Assembly: GCF_009914755.1 (NCBI RefSeq)
Contig: NC_060932.1
From: the human T2T-CHM13v2.0 reference genome, Homo sapiens
Direction: 5' to 3' (one strand)
DNA: 64,000 bases
In this document: in pieces, positions 11,285 through 28,439 of the stretch
Position numbering within the stretch: the stretch's first letter is position 1
Layout: each line of letters starts with the position of its first letter
Notes under the pieces: model-generated
Told to the model about the DNA's origin: nothing
Databases searched by the model: none
Seen by the model: the letters and a program-made list of their open reading frames with translations, nothing else
Position numbers and translations under genes: made by a program

Positions 11285-14200
11285 CTTGGCTGCTGTGAGG
11301 TCCCCAAATAGTCATTGGTGGTGTGTTAAATCTCTCCATTTCCTAGCTTTGTAATCACAGCAGATTGTTTATTGAGTCTTCAGATAGCATGATTTTAAAG
11401 ATTTTAACATTCATTTTGGAATAAACCATTGTTTAGATGTTTCTAGCATTAAGACACTCAGGCAAACAAAATCGTATTGTAGTCAATTAATGGTCTGACT
11501 ATATGTCAGTCTCTTGTAAGTTTGGCTAGTAGGAGTCTGTCACTGAGAGCTTAACTCTGGATTTACTGGCAAGGCCAAGATTCTGTACCTTGCACTGCAA
11601 GCTTTGTGTGTATTCTGGTTTGTTTGGACAACAGAGTATATTAAATGGCACTGGAATTAGGCAGACATTGGGGAAAGATGTTGAATACCAGCAGTTTAGC
11701 ATCTATCATCTTTGCTCTGTCCACTTTATATATTTAAGTAACCAGGGTGGCTCAGAGCTTCCTCCCCAGAGCAACTCTATCAGAATGCCTGCAATTGCAA
11801 GAGGTTTTACCTGAGCAGACAGCAGACTTTCTTCTCCTAGGTCTTGAGCTTTTCTTTGAAATCAACAACAGAAACAGCAACATGGGAGACTATTTTTAAT
11901 GGGGGCAGTATGTAAGATGGAATGGGCATGGGGTTTGAAGTCATAGAGACTCAAGTTCGAATTCTGGTGTTTCAGTGTTTCAGCTGTGTCCGTGAGCAAA
12001 TTACTTGACTGGCCCATCCCATTGCATAACATACAAAATGTAATGCTCATTTCAAAATCTTGAGAATTAAAGATAATATGGTTAATGAGCTTAGCCTGCA
12101 GCAGTTACTGAATGCCCAAGAGAATGGTGGTGTTGGGGGCAGGGGGGCAGGGGGGCAGGGGGATTCTTTTTAACAAGAAACTGTTAGCTTTCCTCTCTAG
12201 ATTCTCACTAAGGAAGGCTTGGTTTGGGCTAATAGGGGTGAATTTAGGCTTCTGAGCCAGGAGACATTTAGTCAATTGTTTCAAAGCAGTTCTGTCTTGT
12301 TTACTTTTAATAATGGGTTTGTTTGCTTTTAATAATAAGAACCAGACCCAGCCCTCCTATTTTCTGAAGGTTGTGAGCAGATGGAGGCTTATGACCTGGA
12401 GTTCAGTAGTAATCTTTCCAGCCACAAGTGGCCAGCGGCCACAGGCAACAAGTGAAAACAGGTTGTGTACAGGGAACCATTTCATTTGCAGGGGGTAATG
12501 CTATTTACCTGGGATCCTATCCAGCAGCTTCAAAGGTGGTGGCAGCCATTACCCGACTAATGAGCACAACACCCCTGGCTCCCTGTCTTCAAGGCAGGAA
12601 GATGCTGTGATGCACATCAGGAGATGGAGGGAAAAGAAATGACTTGCCCACCTGAGTGGCAGGTGAGTCACATTAGCCTCTCTGTGCCTCGCTTTCCTCA
12701 TTTGTAAAATGAGAGGGTTGGTCCCTTCCACGTGATGTCTTCCATATGAGTCTGGCTGACCTGCAGACCTGATTTTAAGCTCTCTCTGGGTTCTTTGTCT
12801 GTTTTAGATATCTAGACATATATGTCTGTCTCTGTGTGTATGTGCATGTTTATGTGTTGCAGAAACAGTTGGGAAAAGAGATTAAGGAAGGGATGGTGCT
12901 GTTGGCTCCAGGCAGTGACTCAAGGAGGCATTCATGGTGAAAGAAGAAAGGCCTTTCTCAGGTGATGCTTCATCTTCCCCCACGTGCTCTGATACCCTGT
13001 CCCTGCCTTGATGTGTCTATAAATACAAACAGCAGGAGACCCGCATCAGTAGACAAAGCAGGTGGCTGCAACCTATTCTTCTTCCCAATGGCCACTGGGA
13101 CAGTTCCTCTCCCCCAGAACTTGTTGTTTATATTTATTTTACACTAAAGCTATTTTAACATAAACCTGTTGAAATAGGAGAGGGCTTCCCATCTCACACC
13201 TCCACAGATGTGTATTTTCTAGAACAAATTCAAGACTAATCATAAAATGAAAACAGATTTCCACAAAGTTGTTCTTTATAATGTAAATTTTTTTCTGACA
13301 GGCAGCTTAATACTTCAAAGGGCAACCCATTCCTTTATTGATTATAACTAATTGTTTGAGATTTTCTTTAGCATGAGTTGAAATTTTTCTTCCTTTGTCA
13401 AAGTGAAGGAAGGGACTTGTATACAAGGAAGGTCCTTGTATAAAGGACCTATCATCAAGGTACCATCTCTCTTTAAACTTTAACTCCCAGAGGAGAAATA
13501 CCTATAGCCACACAATTCATGTACTTTTTAGTCATTGGATCTCTATGACTATTATCATTATAGAAACTGTTTTAATATAATAATAATTTGAAAACTGGAT
13601 TTTAAGAATACAAATTTAGAAATAGCAGTTCTCTCTAGAGACTCATTCATGAATATGGAAAGATCTTTTATCAGATAATTCCCCCCAGGGGTCCTTTAAA
13701 TAGCAATCTCCTTCGTTTTGATTCAATTTGTAGAAATCCCATCTAGATGCATTACTGGACCACACATTGTGTAAAGGAAGGTACATTATGTGTTGGGTAA
13801 CCATTTGGCTCTCTCTTTCTTCCCAACTTGTGACTAATTGATTTTGCCATTAATTGGGATTTCCCCTGGAGGCCATTTGATCTGTTTGCAGGATGAGCAG
13901 GGAGTTAGGGCAGTCCCTCCAGATGGGACGGCTTTCAATAAGCAGACAGTCCAAAGGGGCATCAGAGTGATACAGAAACGATTAATTGAATAACTCACTT
14001 GAAAATCATGTGCTGCTTTAAAGACCTAAAAGCTAAGTAAATACCTAAGTAAAGGCCATACTGATCAAGTAAGACTCCTTGTTGCAGCCTGGCTGAGAAT
14101 AATGCCAGGAAAAAAAAAATTTAAGAGCATCCCATTAATGGATTCTTTAAAATACTGGAAGCATGATTCCAGGCAATAACATACTGTAATCCCCATAATA

Positions 14201-15300
14201 CTCACATTTGCATAACTCTAGATAATTTATGAAGCATTTTCGCAGATACTGTGCAGATCTCACACTGACACGGGGGTGGGTTGGCTGTGAAAGGGCTCAA
14301 CTGGACTTACATTCCAGGAGCAGAAACAGGCTTGGAGCTGTGGACTTCTCAGAGGCATACAACTAGTAAGTGGCAGAAATATTACCAGAACCCAAAACTT
14401 CTAATTCTAAATTTCTTAACAACACACAGCACCATCTCCCCAGTGCATCACAGCTAAAACCACCTTACTGGACTCTGTTTTACCCTGGAGAAGAAATGCA
14501 TACTGACTGAGGACTCTGCTCCATGCCTGGCAAAATATTTGTATTATTTTTACAAGTATGTTTTAGTTTTATACAGATAAATACAATTTTAAATGGTTAA
14601 AGATGGCCTCATATTTAAAAAGCACATTGGGAGCCACTGTGTTAGATTATGCAGTGCAGACATAGAGAACCAAAAGGCTATGTGTGGTGGGAATAGTGAG
14701 GCAGAACAAGAACTTTCTAGAAAAGGAAAGAAAGGAGAGAACCTGTGGAGCGGAGCTGGGAACCAGGCTGGAGAGGAGAGGGAATAGCTGTCCAGGAGCA
14801 GCTATGCATGTAAACTAGACATGAGGCTCTATTTTATCGAGAATTTTCCTTCTCTTATCTCTACATGCCCTTTCCCACTACCACCTAGCAGTCAGCTTTA
14901 TCCCCTGAGAGGACTTAGGGAAATGGAAGGAGGAGAGGAGCTGACTTTGTCTACCTAATAAGAGAAGGACAAGGGGAAGCCATTATCCTGACCTTTCTGT
15001 CTCCCCAGGAAATGGGTATCTACCTCTTTGCATTTGTTTACTAAGAAAGGCTATTCAAGTGATTTTTCCTAGAATAATGAAAGATGTTTCTAGAAGGTTT
15101 GCTTTCTCCCCAACACAAAGAAGCAGCCAGGAATTCCTAAATATCAAGCTTTTTTAAAAAAATTCCATTTCACCAGGCAATCCACTATGCACGTGAGAAC
15201 AGCACCTACTTCATATGCTTGTTGTAAGATGTAATCAAGACCACGTACCTAAGCTGTTTACACAGGGGCAGGCACAAGTTAGGCATACCATGAACATTTG

Positions 15301-15695
15301 TGTCTTAGTCTGTTTTCTGCTGCTATAACAGAATACCTGAGATGGATTAATTTATAAACAATAGAAGTTTATTTGGCTCACCGTTCAGGAGATTGGAAAG
15401 TCTAAGAGCATGGTGCCTGCATCTGGTGAAGGCCTTCATGTTGTGTCATCCCATGGCAGAAGGTGGAAGGCAACAAAGGGCAGCAGTGAGCAAGCAAGAG
15501 GAGGCTGGACTCGCTTTTATAACAAAGGTACTCTGGAGATAAATTACCCACTCCTGTGATAACAACATTAATCCATTCATGAGGGCGGAGCCCTCTGACC
15601 TAATCACCTTTTATTAGGCCCCACCTCCCAAAAACTGTTGCATGGGATTAAGTTTCCAAAACATGAACTTTGGGGAACACATGCAAACAATAGCA
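15301..15695 (-). mobile_element. MST-family (MSTB-like) MaLR solo LTR
   Basis: TG...CA termini, 5-bp TSD atttg/attta, MST motifs. Confidence 0.8.
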
Positions 15696-15788
15696 ATTTA
15701 TAAATAAGGACCAAAATTTGTTGAGGACTTAACAGGTGAACCCAAGAGCTACAATGGGGCTCCAGGCACAATCTTTGTCTTCAAGGGG

Positions 15789-16153
15789 TATATTAGTCTG
15801 TTCTCCTGCTGCTAATAAAGACATACCAAAGACTGAGTAATTTATAAAGAAAAAGAGATTTAACGGACTCACAGTTCCACATGGCTGGGGAGGCCTCACA
15901 ATCATGGTGGAAGGTGAAGGAGGAGCAAAGACATGTCTCACATGGTGGCAGGCAATAGAACATGTGCAGGGGAACTGCCCTTTATCAAACCATCAGATCT
16001 CATGAGACTTACTCACTATCATGAGAACAGCATGGGAAAAACCTGTCCCTGTGATTCAGTTACCTCCCACCAGGTCCCTTCCACGACACATGGGGATTAT
16101 GGGAGCTACAATTCAAGATGAGATTTGGGTGGGGACACAGCCAAACTATATCA
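15789..16153 (-). mobile_element. THE1 (C/D-like) solo LTR
   Basis: cacagttccacatggctggggaggcctcacaatcatgg...gatttgggtggggacacagccaaac; TSD agggg/agggc. Confidence 0.9.
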
Positions 16154-16800
16154 AGGGCATACAGATTGAAGGTGGAAAACTCAGGATAAGGCAATGACAG
16201 TATAATGAGGAAGACAGAAATGCTCATCAAAACCCTACTGGCTTGGAATCTACTGTCCTAATAATGAAGCTAATGTTCTTCATTTTGCAGCCACTTCTAC
16301 TCTTCTCTCTTTATTCTATTTTGCCTTTGTTTAAGCAATGAAGCTTAGAAGGCAGGGTTCATACGTGGGTCAGACTCTTAGGTAATTTTTCCATGTACAA
16401 CAACACAGGAAACCAAAGCAGGACCTTGGAATCCATTCAGGATTGTGATGATTAACTTTGTGTCAACTTAGAGGGTGTTTCTGGATGAGATTAACATTTA
16501 AGTTGGTGAACTTTGAGTAAAGGAGATTTCTCTTCATAATATGGGTGGGCCTCATCCAATGAGCTGAAGATCTGAATAGAAAAAAAAGACCAACTTCCCT
16601 GAGCAGGAAGGAATTCTCCAGTAGACTGCCTTTGAACTTCATTGGCACCACTGGCTCTGCTGAATCTCCAGCCTGTGGGCCCATGCTGCAGAATCAGACT
16701 TGCTAGCCTCTAGCCTCCATAATCACATGAGCTAATTTTTTATAATGAAGCTCTATATTCATTTATTACTAGAATAAATCTCTTTATATTTATGTAAATC

Positions 16801-21132
<4,332 letters not shown>

Positions 21133-21347
21133 ATGGCCTAATGGTGTTGTTGTTATGTTGCTTTTACAAATAAAATGTGTAATTAATGTTTTTTTAAAAA
21201 ATAGCCTGCCTGTTTGTTAAGAAGTTTACGTCTGGTTCTTTAATACCAGTGACATGGCCTCAACTTACCTCAGCCAAATTCTAAGGAAACCATCCAGGCA
21301 GGTTCCTGGTGTGGGCCAGGAACAATCAAAAGAAGGGGGACAACAGC

Positions 21348-21740
21348 TTTATTAGTTTGTTCTTGCACTGTTATAAACACCCGAGGCTGGGTAATTTATA
21401 AGGAAAAGAGGTTTCATTAGTTCACAGTTCTGCAGGCTGTACAGGAAGCATGGCGACATCTACTTCTGAGGAGGCGTCAGGGAGCTTCCAATCATGGCAG
21501 AAGGCAAAGGGGAAGCCAGCACCTCACATGGCAAGAGCAGGAGGAAGGTGGGTGGCAGGTACCACACACTTTTAAACAACCAGATCTCATGAGAAGTCAC
21601 TCACTATCATGAGAATGGCACCAAGGGGGAGATCAACCCCCATGATCCAATCACCTCCCACCAGGCCCCACCTCCATCCAACATTGGGCCTTCCAATTCA
21701 AAATGAGTTTTGGGGAGGAACACAGATCCAAACCACAGCA
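21348..21740 (-). mobile_element. MSTA-like MaLR solo LTR
   Basis: cacagttctgcaggctgtacaggaagcatgg...atccaatcacctcccaccaggccccacctcc; TSD acagc/ccagc. Confidence 0.85.
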
Positions 21741-23104
21741 CCAGCTATCACTCCCAAGCCAGGATTTCAGAACCATGTAAACCTTTGATTACTTAGGTCA
21801 ACCCTGAACAGCTTCACACAGAGGGCACAAGTTTCAGAACTGAATGATTAATACACTCTCACAGTAAACTAGGCCTGAGATTTAACAATAAAAAAAACAA
21901 CAACAAAGGCTGCTAGTTTTAGAATATTTGGTCATCACAGTAACCCTGTAAGACAGGTTCTATCATTAGCCTCATTTAACAGGGAGAGGAACCGAGGCCA
22001 GGTAAAAGCCAAGTAATTTGCTAAAGGTAGCAAAACTAGCAAGGGGTGGAGTTAGGGTGTGTCCTGGTCCATTCCACTAGAGCTTAACTTTTTACCCTCA
22101 TTGCCATCTGCCTCTGTAAACCCTTGTTCTGCTTGGCCATGATACAGGTGATACTAATGTGTGTGTTGCAGTGGCTCTTTGGTTTTCTGTTTTACTCTGT
22201 GGGCCATAGTCCCATGCAGTTCGTTGTGTTTTGAGGAGGTCTCCAGCAGCCTGAGGAAAGAAGCTAGGTCAGAACCCAGGAGGCTGGGTCCCAGCCCAGA
22301 TTCTGCCACCAAATGCACATCTAGCTCTCAGATGAGCTCCTCTTAAGTGTTGCCATAATACACAGCTCTGCTCATTCTCAGCGCATTTGTCATTACTTGC
22401 TCCAGGCTGGCCTTCTCAGCCCCTCTGGCCTGTGCTGATAATAATGACAACAGCCACCACAACTAGAACTCACAGAATGGCACTCTGTTCTGAGTGTTTC
22501 ATGTGCATTATCTCATGCAAGCCTCACTCTGACCCCACAAGGGGGATGCTATTAGTATTCGCTTTTTGCAGTGGGGAAACCGAGGTATGACAGGGGTAAG
22601 TAACTTGGCCAACATCATCATGCAGATAGTATGATGGAACCAGAATTCTACAGAGGCAATTTGATGCCAGGTCCAGAATGTGGAGGCTCATGGCTATCAC
22701 TCTACCTCCTGCAATGTCAACTGTATATGGGCAGAGGTATGGCTGCCTGGTCACCACTGAATCCCCAGCAATTACCTACCTCAAGGCCTACTACATGACA
22801 CAGGCCTAACAGGTATTATGGAATGACTGAATGAATGAATGAATGGCTTCTATCTAATCTGCACAGGGTCTAACATAACCTCCCATACACACTGGAAGTT
22901 AATACTATGTAGTCTCCCTGATTCATTTACTGTTTTCTCCCTAGGCCATGGTTATTGTCAACAACCAAAGAGAAAGCCTTCACTATACACAAACAGTCAT
23001 TCATTTACTCTGCCCCATCAAGCTTTTGTTCGTATATTCCTGATGTCTAATTGTTTCTCTTGTGAGGTTTGGATGCCCTGTTGAATGAAAAGAAACATTT
23101 ACAC

Positions 23105-23410
23105 AGGGTACAGTGGCTCATACCTGTAATCCCAGCACTTTGGGAGGCCGAGGTGGGAGGATCGCTAGAGCCCTGGTGTTCAAGACCAGCCTGGGAAATG
23201 TGGTGAAAACCCCGTCCCTACAAAATATGGAAAAAATTAGCTGGACATGGTGGCACTTGCCTGGAGTCCCAGATACATAGGAGGCTAAGGTGGGAGGATC
23301 ACTTGAGCCCATGAAGTCAAGGCTGCAGTGACCCATAATTGTGCCACCACACACCAGCCTGATGACAGAGCAAGCCCTTGTCTCAAAAAAAAAAAAAAAA
23401 AAAAAGCAAA
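23105..23410 (+). mobile_element. Alu (AluJ-like)
   Basis: Alu dimer with A tail; TSD aaacattta. Confidence 0.9.
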
Positions 23411-24384
23411 ACATTTATTTCACCAGATGCTAGGGAAAACGAGAGATCATTTGCTTGTTGCCCACCCAGATCTATGCCACAATTTGCTCTTCTTTCCCTT
23501 TGAGGGGGTTGTTTTTTATTGATATACTCAATCAGTGGCCCTGCCACAAATGCTTCCAAAGAGCCATCACCTGCAGGTCCCCTTCACTTGCCCTCTCTCT
23601 GGAGCTTGCTCACTTCTTCTCCTTGACACCATTTACGGGAAGCAGTGCTGCGTTTACAGCCGTGTGGACCGCCGCTCTATGGAACCCAGCTCCCATACTG
23701 GATGCCGTGGGGTCCTGTTCGTTGCTGGCAGCTTTTTTTGGGTTGTTCATTTCCACTGCATAGCACTAATAGCTTTTTCAGACCTCTCCTGGGATGTGGA
23801 CTATTTTGTATTTGTAAGACACCTTTATGGAAATGGCCTCCAGGTTTAAAGTGTCATGTGACCACTTGTTCAGTTGGAGATGACCGTGCCAAGGCCTCAT
23901 TCATCGGAAAGTGAAAGTGCGTGGCCAGTAACTGTGACATTGAGAATGTCCTTGTGGCACTGGATGTCTCTGCAGGACTCAAGTGAGGCTGGTTGTATGA
24001 AATAATGTCAGGGAAAAAAATAGGGTTTTTTTTTTTTTTTTTTTTTTTACTGATTCTAATGATTGTTCTGCTAGCACTTTAAAGGCGAGTGAAAGAATAC
24101 AAAGGAAGTTCAATTGTGTGGGGACAGGCTAAGAAAAGAGGAAAGGAAGGAAGTGTTAAGTTTGAAAGCTGGGGGGTTTTGCCCTTCCAAAGCAGTGGCA
24201 TGGGATCCACCCAAATGCCAAGTTCTCATCCTCATCGTCAGGGTAGCAGGCAGAGAGGGGTTTCCAGAACCATCATTTGAACCCTCACTCTGTGCCGGCC
24301 ACCCTTTCACTGTCTAATTCTTATAACAGTGCTATGAGAAAGTGATGATTGACTTATTTTGTAGTTTGAAAAACTGACTCTCTT

Positions 24385-24697
<313 letters not shown>

Positions 24698-25279
24698 TTA
24701 GGGAAATGACGTGGCTTGGCCAATGCCACACTGCCCAGAGACTGAGTCATTATTTAAACTCAGGGTTATCTGATGCTAGAGCCAGGCTTTCCCCTTTCTG
24801 CCACCCACCTGCTGGCAACAGAAGGCAATCACATCAGTGACCATGGCAAGAAGGACCTGTTCCGTGTCCTCACTCTGGTAGGCACTGCTCTTTTGTCACT
24901 TAGGAGATTCTTCCAGCTGCTCTTCCTTGGTGTCCAGTAAGTAAAACTGACAAGAAACAGAACAATCTCTTGTAGCAAACTGAATTCTCTATGACATACA
25001 AACTTGAAGAAGGATGCCTCCAAAGATAGAGTAGCTGATGGAAGACACTATAAAAAGAAAGTCCCCTGTAGGGAGGAAGAAAGAGGCCGGAAGGAACTGG
25101 CCAGAGATGTGAATCACCCTGGGTGCTTAACCATGAAGAGCCTGAGGAGGCCCCTGTGTTTGTTTCCATGGTTCCCTACCCACCCAGCAGGACTCATTTC
25201 CTCTGTGGCTCTCCCTGATGCTTTGAGCGTTCCTCTCACTGCTCTGATATTTGTTGAGTGTTTCCACGCGATGGTATAT

Positions 25280-25720
25280 AGTTAAGATTACGTTCTCATG
25301 CCAATAATAACACAAACACATGCAGTGGCTTAAACAAGACAGGGTTCATTTTTCTCTCATGCAAAGGCTACAGGTTGGCCATGCAGGAAAAGCATGGCGG
25401 CTCCCTGGTGTTGTCAGGGACTCTGGCTCCTACTTTCTGCTCTCCTTTCCTTGCTTGCGGTTTCTTTATTCAAAGTCACCTCACGGCCTGAGATGATACC
25501 TGGAGCCCTTCATAGGTTGGAAGAAGGAGGAAAAACAGAAGGGAGGAAAGGGGCCTTTCCCAAATGAATCACCTGCTTTTAAACAGCCTTCCAAGGAGTC
25601 CCAAATAATGCTTCTCCAAATACATTGGCTAGAATTTATTCACGTGTCCATATTTGGCTGGAAAATATAACTGTATTTTGGAGGTTGTTTGGCAGCAATG
25701 TGCACATCTAAAATTTTATG
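25280..25720 (-). mobile_element. Old MLT1-family MaLR LTR
   Basis: cagtggcttaaacaaga...gtcagggactctggctcct...cattggctagaattt motifs. Confidence 0.55.
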
Positions 25721-25757
25721 GGGACATACTGATGGAAGAATGGTTATTTTAATAGAC

Positions 25758-25975
25758 AAAAGTCAGCAAACTGTGGCCCACAGGCCAAATCTGGCCCACC
25801 GCCTGCTTTTGTAAATAAACTTTTATTGGTACACAGCCAAGCTCATTCATTTTCTTATTTTCTATGGATATTTTTGTGTTACAACAACAATTAAGTATTT
25901 ACGATGATAGATGGCTTGCAAAGCCTAAAATATTTATTATCTAACCCTTCACAGCAAAAGTTTGCTGACTCCTAG
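25758..25975 (+). mobile_element. MER58A hAT-Charlie MITE
   Basis: gtcagcaaactgtggcccacaggccaaatctggccc...aaaagtttgctgactcct, with terminal inverted repeats. Confidence 0.85.
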
Positions 25976-26732
25976 AATAGACGAACAGCAAATAGTAATT
26001 TGTGGCAAATACCCCACCACCAGGCACTGGGCTGGGCACAAAGGTTCATGGCTGTGGGTTCCATTCTTAGGTGGCTGATAGTCCAGGGGATGAGACACAG
26101 CCAAGTCAAATTCTAACTACAGTATTGTGTGATGAGTGGAACTGTTCCATTCTGTTTAGTATGTTATGGGACCACAGAGGACACCTGAAACAGACTAGAG
26201 AGGGAGGGTAGGCAAGCTTTCTAGATGAGCTTAAAGGATGAGAAGTTAGAAAAGAGAAGAGCAAAAAGAATTCCAAGCAGAGGAGAAAGCATGTACCAAG
26301 ATTGGAGGTGTGAAATGGCAGTCATTATGCTTTCATCCCACTGTGTGTCATAGCAGCCCATGAACCTGTCTCCTCGAGAGACCACACATCTTTGCCTCCC
26401 CCAGGCCTGGCACCAATGTGTGCAGGGCCTCTTCCTTGCAGGGGCTCCAAACACTTGTCAGCTGCTTACATTGACATCATCCGCAATCCTGTTACAGTAA
26501 CGCCTATGGGTACCAATCCACTGACCCAGAATTTAGAGTGGGTGGGGATAGAGTGGAGGGACACTGAGTTCCAATTCCAAGCTTAATTATCAACAGATAA
26601 AAGCAAGGGCTTTGGATGAAAATCTCAACCACTACTACTTCGTACCTTGCATAAGCTTGGACAAGTTGCTTAACTTTTCTAAGCTTCATTTTTCTTCATC
26701 TATAGAAGTGAAGATAGTGTCACGAGCACGTA

Positions 26733-26945
26733 TAAGTTTTCTCAATCTCCATGCTATCGGCACTGGGGGCTGGATAATTCTTTGCTGTGGAGGGCTGTCC
26801 TGTGCATTGCAGGATGTTCAGCAGCATTCAAGGCCTCTACTCACTAGATGCCAGTAGCAGCCCTGGAGCTATGACAATCAAAACTGTCTCCAGACATTGC
26901 CAAATGTCCTTGGGGGAGCAAAATCACCCCTGCTTGAGAACTTAT
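26733..26945. mobile_element. MER20 DNA transposon nested in a MIR
   Basis: ggctggataattctttgctgtgg...ctctactcactagatgccagtagca...tctccagacattgccaaatgtcc. Confidence 0.85.
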
Positions 26946-27239
26946 CAGCTAGTAGTAGAATTAAATGAGATAATGTTTTATATGTGTGTTTAGTAAGTGT
27001 GAAAACTATTTTTATTGTCTTCATTAGTACTCAGAAAATATTTGAAAGGACAAATGAACTCGTGGAAGAAGAATGAAAACCTCATAGAAACTATTTCTGG
27101 TTTAGGCTGGCAAACACAGGAAAGGAATTCTTAGCTGTGATAAACAAAATTTGCTGTTAAACCCACCTGTTGCAAATCCACATTATGTTAGGAATGTTGG
27201 CTGAATTACTTTCAAATGAGCTGCAGGGGACATCTGTTA

Positions 27240-27546
27240 TATTTTTATTTTTTATTTTTTTGAGATGGAGTTTTGCTCTTGTTGCTCAGGCTGGAGAGCA
27301 ATGGCACAATCTTGGCTCACCGCAACCTCCACCTCCCGGGTTCAAGCGATTCTCCTACCTCAGCCTCCTTGAGTAGCTGGAACTACAGGTGTGTGCCACC
27401 ACGCCTGGCTAACTTTTGCATTTTTAGTAGAGATGGGGTTTCTCCATGTTGGTCCGGTTGGTCTCGAACTCTCGACCTCAGGTGATCTGCCCGCCTCGGC
27501 CTCCCAAAGTGCTGGGATTACAGGTGTGAGCCACCACACCTGGCTG
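27240..27546 (-). mobile_element. Alu (AluS-like)
   Basis: Antisense full-length; TSD ggacatctgttat. Confidence 0.92.
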
Positions 27547-27589
27547 GACATCTGTTATTTTGTTGCCTATTTCTACCTTGCTTGATTTA

Positions 27590-28090
27590 GGTTTGGGGAA
27601 AACACCTACCCCCACTTTCAGCCATGTGCTTTGCGTGAAGCTGACCTCTACATTGGTTCCAGTGGTGAATCACTGGAGTAAGGTCCAAGTCACCCAGGGA
27701 AGTCCTTTCTCCGGCTCACAGTGGTTAGTCTGAGAGAGGGAACAGGCTTGAGCCAAGGCCCAGTCAGAAAACCAGAGGGGGTTTTCTTGGTTAACATGAA
27801 AATGGAGCTACTCTTTCCCATTGGACTTGAACGTGAGAGGTCTTAAGATCTAGACTGCACCTGGGAAGTGAGGTCATGTCTGAGAATAAGGCCGACACAT
27901 GAAGGAGGACAGAATTGAGCAGAGACATGGAAAAAAACTGAATTCTGGTGATTTTGTCTGCATTCTTGCAGTCAACTACGCCTGCAGCCCACCTTACTCC
28001 CTAACTGTTCATGTTCTTCAGCTGATACGTTTTATTTTTGCTTAAGTTAGTTTGGGCTGGTTTTTCTGTCTCTTGAAACCAGAAGACCAC
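27590..28090 (+). mobile_element. Old MLT1-family LTR
   Basis: 3' end tttttgcttaagttagtttgggctggtttttctgtctcttgaaaccagaaga, typical of MLT1J/K. Confidence 0.5.
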
Positions 28091-28261
28091 GATACTTGAT
28101 CCTGATGACATCAAGAGTAAAACACTTTATGGCTATCTTCACACATTTCTAAAAATAGACTTTGGATCAGTTGGGATGCTTTGGGTGACAAATAATGGAA
28201 AAACCTAACTCCAAATGGCTAAAGCAATATATGAATTCATTAGCTCATTCTTGAAAAAGTC

Positions 28262-28439
28262 CAAAGTAGTGTAGGCCTCAGGCCTGGGTTCCAGATCTAT
28301 TCCAGATCAAAGTAGTGTAGGCCTCGGGCCTGGGTTCCAGATCTATTCCAGATCAAAGTAGTGTAGGCCTCGGGCCTGGGTTCCAGATCTATTCCAGATC
28401 AAAGTAGTGTAGGCCTCGGGCCTGGGTTCCAGATCTATT
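28262..28439. repeat. 46-bp minisatellite, ~3.9 copies, inside an old MLT1-like LTR (~28167-28700)
   Basis: caaagtagtgtaggcctc(a/g)ggcctgggttccagatctattccagat starting at 28262, 28308, 28354 and 28400. Confidence 0.95.

Noticed and set aside
28262-28439. Repeat array superficially like CRISPR
   Set aside because: Head-to-tail units with no unique spacers, no cas genes, and a primate genome context.
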